A stretch of DNA of 64,000 nucleotides, from contig OX597831.1 of NCBI GenBank assembly GCA_951406725.2, positions 77,438,001 through 77,502,000 on the forward strand, given 5' to 3'. A model generated the notes under the pieces. It saw nothing but the letters and a program-made list of their open reading frames with translations. It made no database searches and was not told the origin of the DNA. The stretch comes from Octopus vulgaris (Eukaryota). The translations under genes were made by a program, and so were the position numbers. Each line of letters starts with the position of its first letter. The first letter of the stretch is position 1. Below, piece after piece: positions 13,886 to 28,965 of this stretch.

Positions 13886-14083
13886 TCATGCCAGGCCAGT
13901 GTCCGCAATCAAGCTGTCCATGTAAATGTGACGCCGTTTTCTTCTCTTACATGACCGTGAGGGTGGATTCCACGAGACTAACTTGGATGCTTCCAGTTCA
14001 GGGTGGCGTACGCAGTGACCACATAGTCGCAGCATCTTTGCCTCATCTTCTCGCAAGTCTCTAGAAAGGCATTCATTAGTCAT
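13886..14083 (-). pseudogene. RTE-type LINE ORF2 C-terminal fragment
   Basis: LRLCGHCVRHPELEASKLVSWNP...R..YMDSLIADTGL resembles the RTE/RTE-X post-RT LRxxGHxxR motif. Confidence 0.7.
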
Positions 14084-14123
14084 ATGTTGCTACCTATACG
14101 GTTTATATTTTAGATTAGATTGT

Positions 14124-14416
14124 AAGGAGGCCAGCTGGCCGAATTGTTAGCTCATCAAACAAAATGCTTACCATTTCTTCTAAAAGGCGGCTAGCTGGCA
14201 GAAACGTTAGCACGCCGGGCGAAATGCGTAGCCGTATTTCGTCTGCCGCTACGTTGTGAGTTCAAATTCCGCCGAGGTCGACTTTGCCTTTCATCCTTTC
14301 GGGGTCGATAAATTAAGTACCAGTTACGCACTGGGGTCGATGTAATCGACTTAATTCGTTTGTCTGTCCTTGTTTGTCCTCTCTGTGTGTAGCCCCTTGT
14401 GGGTAATAAAGAAACA
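14124..14416 (+). mobile_element. SINE-C with partially duplicated head, flanked by a 20-bp TSD
   Basis: tatattttagattag(a/t)ttgt at 14104-14123 and 14417-14436; full unit starts at 14185. Confidence 0.85.
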
Positions 14417-14992
14417 TATATTTTAGATTAGTTTGTGACAGCCACAGTAGCGCGGTGCAGTCATAGAAATACGGCGAAGAGCAGGACAAAACTGAATGAC
14501 TCAAAACCTCAGCAAATTCTGAATGTGTAATTTCCTTATTGATCTATAAAGCATTTGTCACCCTTTGGATTACTGTACCTCATTGAAATAAATAAATAAA
14601 AGAATAAATAGATAAAAAAATATATAAATGAAGAAATAAATGAATTTATATTAATGGGTTTATGTATTTGTTTTGTAAGATTCTTGATGTGAATTCGTGT
14701 GTTGAAACAGGTATTGTTACATTTGGGGAATGGTCCTTTTCCCCCACTCACCCACTTCTTTAAAGAGAATGGACCAAGCAGAACAGGAGACACATGAGAT
14801 GGTGAGTTGTTGAATAGGTCACAGAATGTGTGACGAAAGATTTCAGACAAATAGCACTGAAATTTGGGTGAGGGGTATAATCGATTACATCGACCCCCAG
14901 TGTTTTACTGGTACTTAATTTATCGATCCTGAAAGGATAAAAGGCAAAGTCGACCTCAGAGGAATTTGAAATCAGAATGCTAAAAACAGTCA

Positions 14993-15660
<668 letters not shown>

Positions 15661-16115
15661 AATGATTTCCTTATTAATCATAACTGTTGGCAAAAACAGC
15701 ACAAGATGATACAGTGCGGGACTACATAAGAATTTGATGAAAAAAAAAACAAAAACAGAAATAAGAAAAAAAGCAATTAAAAGAATAATTTCCCAAAAGT
15801 TAGGAATCCGACGACAGTTGCTAATGGATACGCAACAAAAACACGAGAGGCCTGGTAACCCGAGGCAAGTGCAAACCTCCAGTTGTCCTCTTCCAGTATA
15901 GAAGCGCCTGCTCGGTACCGAAGACAGAGTTATGGGATTGGCCCAAAGTAATATATAACATTAATGTGTTTTTTTTGCATCATTCCTTAAAATAATTTTA
16001 TAAGTAGAATTTTTAAATAAAAGCAGGTCAGATTATATAAACACACATGTTGATATATATTGGATCGTTAGCCCCTACACGCAAATTTTTTCTCTCCTTG
16101 TTTCTTTTCTGTGTA

Positions 16116-16153
16116 TCTTTCTGTCGAAGAGCGTAGGCTCGAAACGTAAAAGA
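16116..16153 (+). ncRNA. Minimal hammerhead-like motif with variant core (CUGUCGA)
   Basis: tcttt CTGTCGA a-gagc-gtag-gctc GAAAC GTA aaaga; stems I and II pair perfectly. Confidence 0.6.
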
Positions 16154-16665
16154 CTTGTTCTATTTCTATTCCTGAGCGCCATACTAATACATTTATTTGT
16201 TTGTAGTCCACCTGCCTTCGTCTTTTGCTTATTTTCGTAAACCTTCCCGTTATATATATATAGTTAGTTTGATTTGAAAACCCCACTACAATGGGAGAAA
16301 GCGCTAATGATCTAAATGATATGATGTATATGTAAAAAATGTAATATATAAATAAATATCTGTAAATATAAACCATCCGATTTTCTGAGTACCTCATTTC
16401 TTCTAATATATAATACCTGTACATCATCTCCAAACCTTCCAATATATATATATATATACATATATATAAAACAAAGGGTAAAATTAATTATTTAAGAAGT
16501 AATCAATAATTTCACCAAGTAGAATTCGGCATGAAAAAGGACCATTTCACGGTAAACTTAAGTAATACTTTATAATTAGGGTTCAGCAAAGATTTGCTTT
16601 ACCACATACCGAAGTTTAGAAATAGCAGCCCCAAAACCTTAGCTATTTCTTGTATATATATCTTT

Positions 16666-16838
16666 AGGCGCAGGAGTGGATGTGTGGTAAGTGTCTTTCT
16701 TACTAACCAGATGGTTCCAGGTTTAGTCCCATTGCGTGGCACTTTTGGCAGGTGTCTTCTTCTATAGCCTCGGGCCGACCAAAGCCTTGTAAGTGGATTT
16801 GGTAGACAGAAAACTAAAAGAAGCCCGTCGTATATATG

Positions 16839-16893
<55 letters not shown>

Positions 16894-17157
16894 GTGTATG
16901 TGTGTGTGTGTGTGTGTGTGTGCGTGCGCGTGTGTGTGTGTGTATGTTTGTGTGCCTGTGTTTGTCTCCCCACCATCGCTTGACAACCGATGCTGGTGTG
17001 TTTACATCCACGTAAACTAGCAGTTCAGCAAAAGAAACCTATAGAATAAGTACTAGGCTTACAAAAATAAGTCCTGGGGTCGATTTGCTCGACTAAAGGC
17101 GGTGCACCAGCATGGCCGAAGTCAAATGACTGAAACAAATAAAAGAATAAAAGAATA
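16666..17157 (+). mobile_element. SINE-B copy, full length
   Basis: aggcgcaggagtggatgtgtggtaag head; internal (TA)n(TG)n; tail gactgaaacaaataaaagaataaaagaa. Confidence 0.92.
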
Positions 17158-17904
17158 TATATATATATATACAAACATATATAAGGGGGATGCCAGTGAA
17201 TGTAAATATGTATATGTATACATTGATATCGAGAGATACTTTAGTATATATGCATGTGTCTGTGTGTGTGTGTATATATATATAGTTTGATCTGAGAACA
17301 TAAACTTTTTGTGGAGAATGGCGATTTGACGTCTATATCTAGCATGTTGACTGTCCACATGTGTGTATGTATGTATGTATATTTATATGGGAGATAGAGA
17401 GAGAGAGAGGGAGGAAGAAGACAGATATTTTATGTATGTAGAAAATGGTGTTTACATAAACTTTATTAATAGCTTCCTAATGAGATAAAGTCACTCCTAG
17501 TTTAGAAATTTGTGGGCGATATACGAATATGTATATAAGAATAAAAATGTCCGTGTGTGTTATGCAATGGTTGTATGTCTGTCTACCTCTCTCTCTTCCT
17601 CTCTGTCACACACACATAGACTCACACACATACTCATACAAACACAAATGCACACAAAAGAACTGGATTTTATTTCTTGCGATCGAGTCTCACATCTTTG
17701 CCATTTTCAGGCGTCTAAATGTTGCGATATAGGAGTTGCATAGCAAAGCAATATAGTCTTAATAAATGATATACTCTAGAAAATGAATTGAGTACACCTT
17801 CTTTTCAGTGAAAGTCTACGAAGCTTAAAGATATATTGCATGTGTTTCTATGATGATTTATATGGTGTTTGCATTAATGTGTTTCGATGAGCGTGTGTGA
17901 GTGC

Positions 17905-17941
<37 letters not shown>

Positions 17942-18141
17942 TGTGTGTGTGCGCGCGCGCGCCTAACGTTACATTTATTTTTGGCCGACCCCGTCAGATT
18001 TGACAAAGCTAAACAAATGTCTTTTGTTATCTCTTCCGCAGACAAACACACTCATTCATACACAGGGCTACACACACACACACACACACAGACACACACG
18101 CACAGACTTATAAACGTACAGGTATACAATACACCCCCACT

Positions 18142-18145
<4 letters not shown>

Positions 18146-18182
<37 letters not shown>

Positions 18183-18306
18183 TTAAATATGCACTTATAT
18201 ATATATGTGTATATATATATATACACATATACACATATATACATATATATATAAATTAATATACATATATACATATATATATATACATGTATGTATATAT
18301 ATATAG

Positions 18307-18369
<63 letters not shown>

Positions 18370-18481
18370 CATATATGTATATATATCTATACAGACACAC
18401 ACATACATATATACATATATATTTCTGTATCCATATATTTACCCTTATATATACAATCATACAATCATATGCATATGTATA

Positions 18482-18515
<34 letters not shown>

Positions 18516-18756
18516 GTGTGCGTGGGGACAAGAGGGCAGGTGAATCCTTGCAATGCGGTTAAAAGCCTCGTTTGGAAGCATCCATAGGTAAATATATATA
18601 TGTAACTGATACGTGATTATGTCAATCTAACCATCCATCTTTTCCCCTCTGTCTCACACTACACTTCCATTCTTCTCCTACAAACATCTCTAATATCTAT
18701 CATATCTAGCTATACAGATACTTACACGTATACACTGATACGATCATATAGGTATA

Positions 18757-18816
<60 letters not shown>

Positions 18817-18893
18817 ATACAGACATATATATACATATATATATATATACAGACATATATACAGAAATATATATATATATATATATATATATA

Positions 18894-18935
<42 letters not shown>

Positions 18936-18946
18936 TTATATATATA

Positions 18947-19016
<70 letters not shown>

Positions 19017-19070
19017 TATATATATATACACATATGTGTATATATCTCTCTCTCTCTATATATATATAAT
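18146..19070. repeat. Degenerate (TA)n blocks with a short unique spacer
   Basis: Directly visible. Confidence 0.9.
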
Positions 19071-19483
19071 ATCTGAGATAAAATATTTTATGCTGTTTTA
19101 CAAGGGCCCCATTGTAGGTGGCTATTATTTGATAAATGTATGTATTCGATACGCTTTGGGTGCAAATTACCCAAGCATGCGCACTCACATTTGTATAGAT
19201 AATCATGCAGACGCACACAGACATCCACACAACCGTCCACCCACACACTCACACACACTTATTTTAAAGGGTCGGGTGGACATGATAACCGCGTACGAGT
19301 AAAGCAGAGAGACTCTGGTGTAGGCACATTCATTCATATGAAAAGATGTATATTCCAATGCACGCTTCAGGTTTTATTCCCAGACACAGATACGTACACG
19401 TACATATTGGCATACATACATACATGTAGCATGTGTGTGGCTGTGGATTCATAACTATACATTCAAACATACATATATATATA

Positions 19484-19523
<40 letters not shown>

Positions 19524-19524
<1 letters not shown>

Positions 19525-19860
19525 CATGGCTCAGTGGTTAGAGCGTCGAGCTTACGATCGTGAGGTTGTGAGCTCGAATCCCGGACCGTGCTGCGTGTTG
19601 TGTTCCTGAGCAAAGCACTTTATTTCACGTTGCTCCAGTTCACTCAGCTGTAGAAATGAGTTGCGACGTCACTGGTGCCAAGCTGTATCAACCTTTGTCT
19701 TTCCCTTGGATAACACTGGTGGCGTGGAGAGGGGAGGCTGGTATGCATGGGAGACTACTGGTCTTCCATAAAACAACCTTGCCCGGACTTGTGTCTAGGT
19801 GGGTAACTTTCTAGGTGCAATCCCATGGTCATTCATGACCGAAGGGGGTCTTTACCCTTT
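19524..19860 (+). mobile_element. SINE-D (tRNA-like head + CORE-like domain)
   Basis: A-box tggctcagtggttagagc, B-box-like gagctcgaatccc, CORE-like gtgttcctgagcaaagcactttatttcac; second copy at 31347. Confidence 0.85.
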
Positions 19861-20035
<175 letters not shown>

Positions 20036-20548
20036 AGACGGAAGAACAGACAGAGAGAGAAACGGCTGGAGAAAGGATTATGGAAGAGTGATGCAGATAT
20101 GAAAATATGAATGGGTGTTAAACAATATTCACATCACGTTAAAACAATTAAGATACATATCTAATGCTGAGAGCTTCCAAGACGTTATATTCTGCGGAGA
20201 GGAACAGAGAGGAACAGATGGGTTGAACCCGTTTCTTACGTAGTTGTGTGGTTGTTTGCCAAAGTTACCATGTTGAGGACTTTACGAATCAGCAAGCGCG
20301 GTTTTTGGGACTGTTAGAAATAATAGCAAAGCCTCCTCTTCAAATTGCATTACTTGTAATGTACGCAACCGTTCGTCATGGTAAATATCCTTTCTAATTT
20401 CAGCACCTAGCTTATAATTTTGAGTGGTTGGTGAGGTCAAAACGATTAGACCGTCCCCAGAACTTGACTCGTATTCATTTCATCGACCCCGAAGAGATGA
20501 AAGGCATAGTTGAACTCGGTGGCATTTGAACTCAGTGGGAGGAATTAC

Positions 20549-20772
20549 TTATTTCTTTACTACCCACAAGGGGCTAAACACAGAGAGGACAAACAAGGAC
20601 AGGCAAACTGGTTAAGTCAATTACATCGACCCCAGTGCGTAACTGGTACTTAATTTATCGAACCCGAAAGGCTGAAAGGCAAATCGACCTCGGCAGAATT
20701 TGAACTCAGAACGTAACGGCAGACGAAATACGGCCACGCATTTCGCCCGGCGCGCTAACGTTTCTGCCGGTT
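20549..20772 (-). mobile_element. SINE-C inserted into an older SINE-C, 11-bp TSD
   Basis: ggaggaattac at 20538-20548 and 20773-20783; a further copy at 20870-21077. Confidence 0.85.
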
Positions 20773-21329
20773 GGAGGAATTACCGCAAAGCACTCTTTCA
20801 AACGCTGTAACATTTCTGTCAACTCGTATAAATTGGTAAAAATTGGTTTCAAATTGGTTCCATATTTCGGCACATGACAAGCAATTTTGGATGAGGAGAT
20901 GAGTCGATTATCAATACATCAACCCCAGGGCTCAACTGGTGCCTGTTTTGCTGATCCTGGAAAGGATAAGAGACAAAGTCGACCATAGCGGAATTTGAAC
21001 TCAGAACGTAAAGACGGACGAAACGCCGCTAAGCATTTAGCCTGGTGTGTTAACGATTCGGCCAGTTCGTCGCCTTCATTACGGTGAGTATCAAGATAGT
21101 TATGTAAATAGATTGGCTGCAACCGAACCAATAGAGCTACATTTTGTTATCTCAATCGCGAGTCACTTTCCACAATGTCTACAATAATCACAATTTGGCC
21201 AATTCTTTGCTTTAAGAATTCGTAACCCATCTGGCATTCCTCATCGCCCCAGAACTCAACTGCTAACATTAACCACACCAGGATAAGAAACAGTTTCTGG
21301 TCACCAGGGCTTCAACTTTTGTTGTTGCT

Positions 21330-21990
21330 TTTTTGCTTGTTTCTTCTTTTCTTCTCGTTTCTCTCTTCCTTCAGTCATTTCTTCTTCTCTTTCTTTCAAT
21401 CTTGCTTTATTTGACTCTTGTTTCTATCTCTCTCCCTCACTCCCCCTTCCTTCCTTACTTTCTTTCTTTCTTTCTTTCCTTCCTCCCTTCCTGTCTTTGT
21501 TTCATTCTTTTCTCTTCCTGCGTTCCTTCTTATCTTTTTCTTTCTTCCTTCCTTCCTTCCTTCCTTCCTTCATTTCTTTCTCCCTTCCTTCCTGCCTTTT
21601 TTTGTCTCTTCCTCCCTTCCTTCCTTTCCTTCTTTCTTTCTTCCTTTCCTTCCTTCTTTCTTTCTTTCTTTCTTTCTTTCTTTCCTTCCTCCCTTCCTGT
21701 CTTTCTTTCATTCTTTTCTCTTCCTGCCTTCCTTCTTATCTTTTTCTTTCTTCCTTCCTTCTTTCCTTCATTTCTTTCTCCCTTCCTTCCTGCCTTTCTT
21801 TGTCTCTTCCTTTCTTCCTTTCTTTCTTTCTTTCTTTCTTTCTTCCTTCCTCCTTTCCTTCCTTTCCTTCTTTCTTTGTTCCTCCCTTCCTCCCTGCCTT
21901 CCTTTCCTTCCTTCCTTCTTTCTTTCTTTCTTTCTTCCTTCCTCCCTTCCTTTCATTCATTCTTTCTTTCTCGCCCTTCCCCCTCTCCAT
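21330..21990. repeat. Polypyrimidine (TTCC/TTTC)n tract with a ~205-bp higher-order duplication
   Basis: Block cctcccttcctgtcttt...tcattcttttctcttcctg recurs at ~21482 and ~21688. Confidence 0.9.
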
Positions 21991-23050
21991 TTATACCTAC
22001 AGATGTCGGCGATCGCACCAAAACTTGACGTCTCATATTCTTTCAGCTGAGGTTCCTTCATGTCTTCTGCAAGCTTCATTATAGTTTCCTCCGATATACT
22101 CTTCTTCTCTCGATGTTGTTCCTGAGGCCCAAAGCAAGAGGACCGGCACTCTTTGACATCATTTCCTATCCATATGTTGATTGCGGTTGTAGGACAATAT
22201 ATCTCGGAGCCAGCTCTCATTGAATTTTGTAACCTTATTCATCGCACAGTCTCCTGTTTGGATCTATAACTGGGGTCCTTGATATTACCACGCTAAGCCA
22301 GATTGAACCTGGAACACATTGGCTAGAAAGTATATTCCTTTATACCTCTGAAATTCCTCAATTCGCAGACTAAAACTTTACACCGGATGCGGATTAACGT
22401 TTTACTCACACACTTAAAAAAAGAAATAAATGCTTTTACACTAATAGCATTTTTTCCTTGAATTTACAAACCACAAATAACAACGACAACAGTCATAGAG
22501 TTAAAGAATTTCGTGCAAAAACCCTTGTTCTTTAAAAATGAAAAGTAAAGAAAATGTACTAAAACTAAATATGAAAATGCATCTAAGTATAGAAGATCTA
22601 TTTCTAGTTTCATATGTATTTTATCATATCATAGTATATGCAAATATCTGTAAATGAATTAAAGATAGATAAAATGACGCAAGAGATATACACGGCAGAA
22701 ACAAATTTAAACAACAAAATCAATAGAAACAAAATGGTTTCTTCTTTTCCCCCAACATAATCTGAGCGAAATTAAATTGGGTGTATACATCAGGTATTAT
22801 ATAATCTATAAATAAACCTAGGCATTTAGTACCAACTAAATCCTTTCAGTAAAATTATCAGAACGTAGATTAAGGCTAATCGACGGTGATATTAGGTTTG
22901 ATAAAAATGACTAAAATTCCGCTATTAATTAAATGTATTTTCGATAACGAGAATTAAAACATCATTCGAAGATATTTTCATACACACACGCGCATGGGCC
23001 ATACATACAGACATACATATACTCACACACACACAAACGTATATGTATGT

Positions 23051-23086
<36 letters not shown>

Positions 23087-23089
23087 ATA

Positions 23090-23169
<80 letters not shown>

Positions 23170-23363
23170 GTGTGTGTGTATATATATATACATATATAAA
23201 TATATACCCTTGAGATATATTTTATCATTCTTATTTAATTTTAGATATAATTTAAATTTAAAATAGCATGTTTGTATTTATGTATATATGTGTAAATATA
23301 TATATACATGTATATACATACATGGAAGCATACAAACACATTTATATTTTATACACACATGAA

Positions 23364-23397
<34 letters not shown>

Positions 23398-23476
23398 GCA
23401 CACATTTATGATTATGACAGCTGGCAACTCTCACACCTAGTTATTCTATACACATATATATATATTTTAACAAAAA

Positions 23477-23514
23477 CTGTCCGACGAACGGGAACGTGAA
23501 ACTCAGAGTAACAG
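23477..23514 (+). ncRNA. Minimal hammerhead-like motif with variant core (CCGACGA)
   Basis: ctgt CCGACGA acg-ggaa-cgt GAAAC tcaga GTA acag; same family at 25489-25610 and 44711-44850. Confidence 0.6.
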
Positions 23515-23564
23515 GTTTTGTTGAATTTTCTGCTGCTTTTAAATAAAGTATATATATACATATG

Positions 23565-23601
<37 letters not shown>

Positions 23602-23929
23602 CACCCGTATAATTCAAAAGGGATCAGCTTTCTGATATTCTGTGTCACGCTAAATCTCCTTGAGAACTACAGTAAGGTTACGCTTGTGTGTGGAGTACTC
23701 AGCCATTTGCACGGAAATTTCACGAGCTGGATGTTCCGTTAATCGAATCAACTGGAACACTCGTCGTCGATACAGACATATAATCAAAGGCGTTCCATCC
23801 ATAACCATTCCGTTTTTGTCTATATCCAAGACTACGTTGTCCGAATTGATGACCCAATTTTTTAAAAAACGTAAGGAGCGATTTTGAGAGAGAATTGGCT
23901 GTTGTTTTTAGCAGCTGTTAACAAAACGC

Positions 23930-24230
23930 TTGTCTGTTTGTTCCTTCTTGAGCCACGCTTGGCTCATAAGGGCCGGTTTCTCGGTTTCCTTCGCGTATAG
24001 GCTCCCCACCTGGACGGGATGCCGGTCCGTCGCAATTGAGCTATAATTGAGGAAAGAGTGAGAGAAAGTTGTGGCGAAAGAGTCAGCAGAAGTTCGCCAT
24101 TACCTCCTGCCGGAGCCGCGTGGAGCTTATGTGTATCGCTCATAAACACACACATCGTCCGGTCTGATATTTGAACCCGCAATCCCTCGACCGCGAGTCC
24201 GCTGCTCTAACCACTAGGTCATGTGCCTCC
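23930..24230 (-). mobile_element. SINE-A-type head with alternative tail 3
   Basis: Reverse complement begins ggaggcacatgacctagtggttagagcagcggactcgcggtcg; tail gcgacggaccggcatcccgtccagg...gaaaccggccc. Confidence 0.8.
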
Positions 24231-24781
24231 GCCACAAAACTCTTAGTGCTGCTCTATTGCTCCAGGCCAGTTCAGATAAAACAGATCAGTGTTCAGAAAT
24301 GGTTCCTTTCTAGCCATAACATCGTTTTATATCTACTGTATGTTTTTACTCCCTTCAAGACGAAGAGTTCATTCAATCGTGCATCGGACAAAATGCCTAA
24401 CAGCATTTTTTTTCGGTTCTTTACGTTCCGAGTTCAAACTTCAGCCGAGGTTGGCTTTGTCTTTAATCCTCTCAGGGTCGTTAAAATAAATACCATTTGA
24501 GTCCTGGGGATTGATATAATCGACTAATTCCCTCCCCTAATATTCCCGGGTTTGTGCTAAAATTGGAAACCAATATTTGTTTATTTATTTATTCTTTTTC
24601 TTTGAGTGTCGTTTATGATTCGATAGGGATTTAGCTGCTGCTCTTTCTAGCTGCTTACCAACCGACCGTATGAAGGGTTCGTCAAATGGTAACAGTTTCG
24701 TACTTAGGAAGTTAATCTGGGGAGTTGTAAGTTCCATATCACGTGTCTCCGGTGGTATTTTACATATTTTCCCCGGGTTAC

Positions 24782-24876
<95 letters not shown>

Positions 24877-25285
24877 TTCTTTGAAAAATCGTTGTGTTTA
24901 AACAAATAATTTATGTAATCACGTTTAAAGGCTTCAATTTCTGACATCAAAATACAAATGTAACCAAATGTTCGAATTTCAAGCATATCGAATGAAAACA
25001 AAAATACTTTGAGTTGACGATTCACCGAATTTCATCATCGGAGATGAATGAAGTGTGGTTAACCCTTTAGAAAATCTCAAAATAGTTTACTCTGAGTTTG
25101 TTCACATATTTTAAAGTCGAAGGCGTGACTGCGTGGTATGAAACTTACTTCCCAAAAACACAAAGTTCCGGGTTCAGTCCTTACTACGTGGCATCTTGGG
25201 CAAGTGCCTCCTAGAATAGCCACGAGTGCCGACCAAAGCCTTGTGAGTGGATTTAGTTGACGGAAATTGAAAGAAGCCCGTCGTG

Positions 25286-25316
<31 letters not shown>

Positions 25317-25488
25317 CGTCCACTCGTGATCGAGGAAGATCATTGCAGACCTTCAGGAACATTGTGCGCTCTAGGACTAACTTCTTTTTTGCATTTGCGG
25401 CTCCGTTGGTGGCTAATGAGCCCTGCTCTTCGCAGGCATACACGACTGCAAACATTGCACACATACCTAAACATATATACTTTATTAA

Positions 25489-25610
25489 TAAGGCTGTAAA
25501 ACATCACAAAGACTGTTACTCAGCGTTTCACGTTCCCGTTCTCGTTCTGGATTTCCTCACGGGAACGTGAAACTGAGTAACAGTTTTTGTGATGTCTTTG
25601 CAGCTTTATA
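25489..25610. repeat. Fold-back palindrome of the 23477-type repeat
   Basis: catcacaaagactgttactcagcgtttcacgttcccgt versus acgggaacgtgaaactgagtaacagtttttgtgatg. Confidence 0.85.
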
Positions 25611-25686
25611 AATGATGTCTATTCCTCTGCCTCAGGTATTCGAGTCTTATTTTTCCAAATTGTTCCACACTTATGTGCTTACTCAG

Positions 25687-25750
<64 letters not shown>

Positions 25751-25753
25751 TAT

Positions 25754-25806
<53 letters not shown>

Positions 25807-25926
25807 GCTGGGCTGCAGATTGCTCTACATTATAAAACTGATGTAATATTTGCATTGTTTAATTAAATGGAGTCGCATGAAACGATCGTACTGCATTACC
25901 TTTGGATATCCTTGTTGCCTATTTTG

Positions 25927-25980
<54 letters not shown>

Positions 25981-26020
25981 AACAAGTACATATACAGGTT
26001 TATGTAGGTGTCTGTGTGTC

Positions 26021-26052
<32 letters not shown>

Positions 26053-26414
26053 TGTATGTATGTATGCATGTATGTATGCATGTATGTATTATGTATGTAT
26101 GTATATATATATGTATGTATGTTTGTCTTTATGTATGTATGTATGTATGTATGTCTATATGTATGTATGTATGTATGTATGTCTATATGTATGTATGTAT
26201 GTATGTCTATATGTATGTATGTATTTATGTATGTATGTATGTATGTCTATATGTATGTATGTATGTCTATATGTATGTATGTATGTATGTATGTATTATG
26301 TATGTATGAGTGTGTGTATGAATGTACATAAACAGACATACATTATATACAAACATATACAAAAATATAACAATAAACATATATAAAAGCATACACACAC
26401 ACATGAACACATAT

Positions 26415-26862
26415 TCCTTTATTCTTTCATTCTTTCCAGTTTTTTTACTGCAGCCATGCTGGAGCACCACCTTGAGGTGTTTTATTCGAATAAATCGACA
26501 CTAGAATTTATTAAGCTTAGTACATATTCCATCGATCTCATTTGCCGAGCTGCTATGCTACGCGGACGTAAACATACCAACACTCGTTATCAAGCGGCGG
26601 TAGGGGGACAAACAGACACAGAATCACTCACAAAGATACACAGATACACTCAGACACATATTTACACAAGCGCACGCGGACACACACACATACACACACA
26701 CACGACGTGCTTCTTCCAGTTCTCGTCTAACAAATTCACTCACGAGACTTTAGTTGGGCAAAGGCTATGAAAGACACTACCCCAAGGTGTAGCACAGTGG
26801 GACTGAACCCAGAAGTGCGTGGTTGGGAGGCAAGCTTTTTCACACACAGCAACGCCTGTGCC
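26415..26862 (-). mobile_element. SINE-B copy, diverged
   Basis: gccatgctggagcacc...agtgggactgaaccc...cacacagcaacgcctgtgcct. Confidence 0.8.
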
Positions 26863-26943
26863 TATATCTATCTATCTATATATATATTTATATATATATA
26901 TATATATATATGTGTATACATACACACACACACACAAACACAT

Positions 26944-26988
<45 letters not shown>

Positions 26989-27126
26989 CACACACACACA
27001 TACATACACACACATAGAGTGACTGCAGGAATCCGTATTACTCTAAACTGACTGATAAGATGTATTCATGATTTCAGTAATCTTTCACTATCGTGAACTG
27101 CAACTCGTCTCCCGTCTGTGTTATTC

Positions 27127-27168
<42 letters not shown>

Positions 27169-27221
27169 TATATATTTTATATATGTATTTTTTCTTTTTA
27201 TGCATATATTTTTCTTTATTA

Positions 27222-27282
<61 letters not shown>

Positions 27283-27289
27283 CATACAT

Positions 27290-27665
27290 AGGCGTAGAAG
27301 TGGCTGTGTGGTAAGTAGATTGCTTACCAACCACATGGTTCCGGGATCAGTCCCACTGCGTAGCATCTTAGGCAAGTATCTTCTGCTATAGCCTCAAGCC
27401 GACCAAAGCCTTGTGAGTGGATTTAGTAGACGGAAACTGAAAGAAGTCCGTCGTTTATATATATATTTCATATATATATATATATAAATGTATTTGTGTG
27501 TATATGTTTGTGCGTCTGTGTTTGTCTCCCCCAAATCGCTTGACAACCGATGCTGGTGTGTTTACGTCCCCGTAACTTAAAAAGAATAAGTCCTGGGATC
27601 GATTTGCTCGACTAAAGGCTCCAGCATGGCCACAGTCAAATGACTGAAACAAGTAAAAGAGTAAA
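27290..27665 (+). mobile_element. SINE-B copy with internal deletion
   Basis: aggcgtagaagtggctgtgtggtaagtagattgc head; standard tail. Confidence 0.9.
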
Positions 27666-27677
27666 AGTGAAAGAGTG

Positions 27678-27709
<32 letters not shown>

Positions 27710-28151
27710 AAATCACATCGAATAACAGCTGCCAACAAATAAAAAAAAGAAAAAACGTTAGAAAACCGATTATAGCAACGACTCCATCTAAGAATATGTG
27801 AAGAAGGAATATTATTCCGAAATATCATATCAGACAATCGAGGACCAAATTACAACAGGTATATAGTCCATTGTCTGTATTATAGTGCATTGTTGTACCA
27901 TTCAAAACGCTTTTATTCTTTACAAACAATACACAATGCTTCAAGCGAACTACAATACTCTCCTATATATATATATACAAATTGAAATAGGGGTTGCAAA
28001 TTCAACCCTCCATGGGATAACATATATCCAATATACTGCTAGTGAAGTACCCAACAAAGTTAATACATAAATGTTAAGAATTGCGATGCAATTAATTCAT
28101 TTACTGTAATTACATGGGCAAAGGTAAAATTATTTTTACCATAAATTAATA

Positions 28152-28387
28152 ATACAAAATCAGAAAATGGAGAAATACATCTAAATCATTAATCAACTAC
28201 CAGATAATACCCAATCTCATAATTTATTGAACATAAGAACATTAAGGTTAAACAAAACAGCGTACCATTAATGTATGCTGTTTTGTTTAACCTTAATGTT
28301 CTTATGTAGTGGTTCAATAAAGTATGTGATTGGGTATTATCTGATAGTTGATTAATGATTTAGATGTATTTCTCCATTTTCTGATTT

Positions 28388-28391
<4 letters not shown>
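28152..28391. repeat. Long fold-back palindrome (~115-bp arms)
   Basis: atacaaaatcagaaaatggagaaatacatc... versus ...gatgtatttctccattttctgattttgtat; centre gcgtaccattaatgtatgc. Confidence 0.92.
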
Positions 28392-28483
<92 letters not shown>

Positions 28484-28934
28484 CATACACACACACACAT
28501 ATGATTGCCTAAAAAGAAACATATAATCATGGACACAAATACAAACACGCATACAGACGTACATACATTCAGGAACATCCCTATATATACATCGACATTC
28601 ATATATATATATATATACACGCATACAAAATCACATCGAATAACAGATTAAACTGGGAGAATACACAAAATTTAACAAAAATGTAAAAAAAAAAAAAATT
28701 ATAACGTCCAAAAAAATAAGCAAAATATAAAAGTACGAAAGAAAGCGGAAAGAAAAAAAAACCGAGAAACGTAATAAATAAAACAAAAATTAAAAAATAA
28801 ATATTTAAATAAACAAAAAGATGTAAGGTGAAACGTAGATTGGATTATATAAGGAAGGATACAAATATACATACATGCATATATATATATATATACATAC
28901 ATATATATATATATATACACACATATGTTTATAC

Positions 28935-28965
<31 letters not shown>

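Noticed and set aside
21957-22290. Possible RTE-type LINE linker fragment (KKSISEETIMKLAE)
   Set aside because: Too short and decayed to call by eye.
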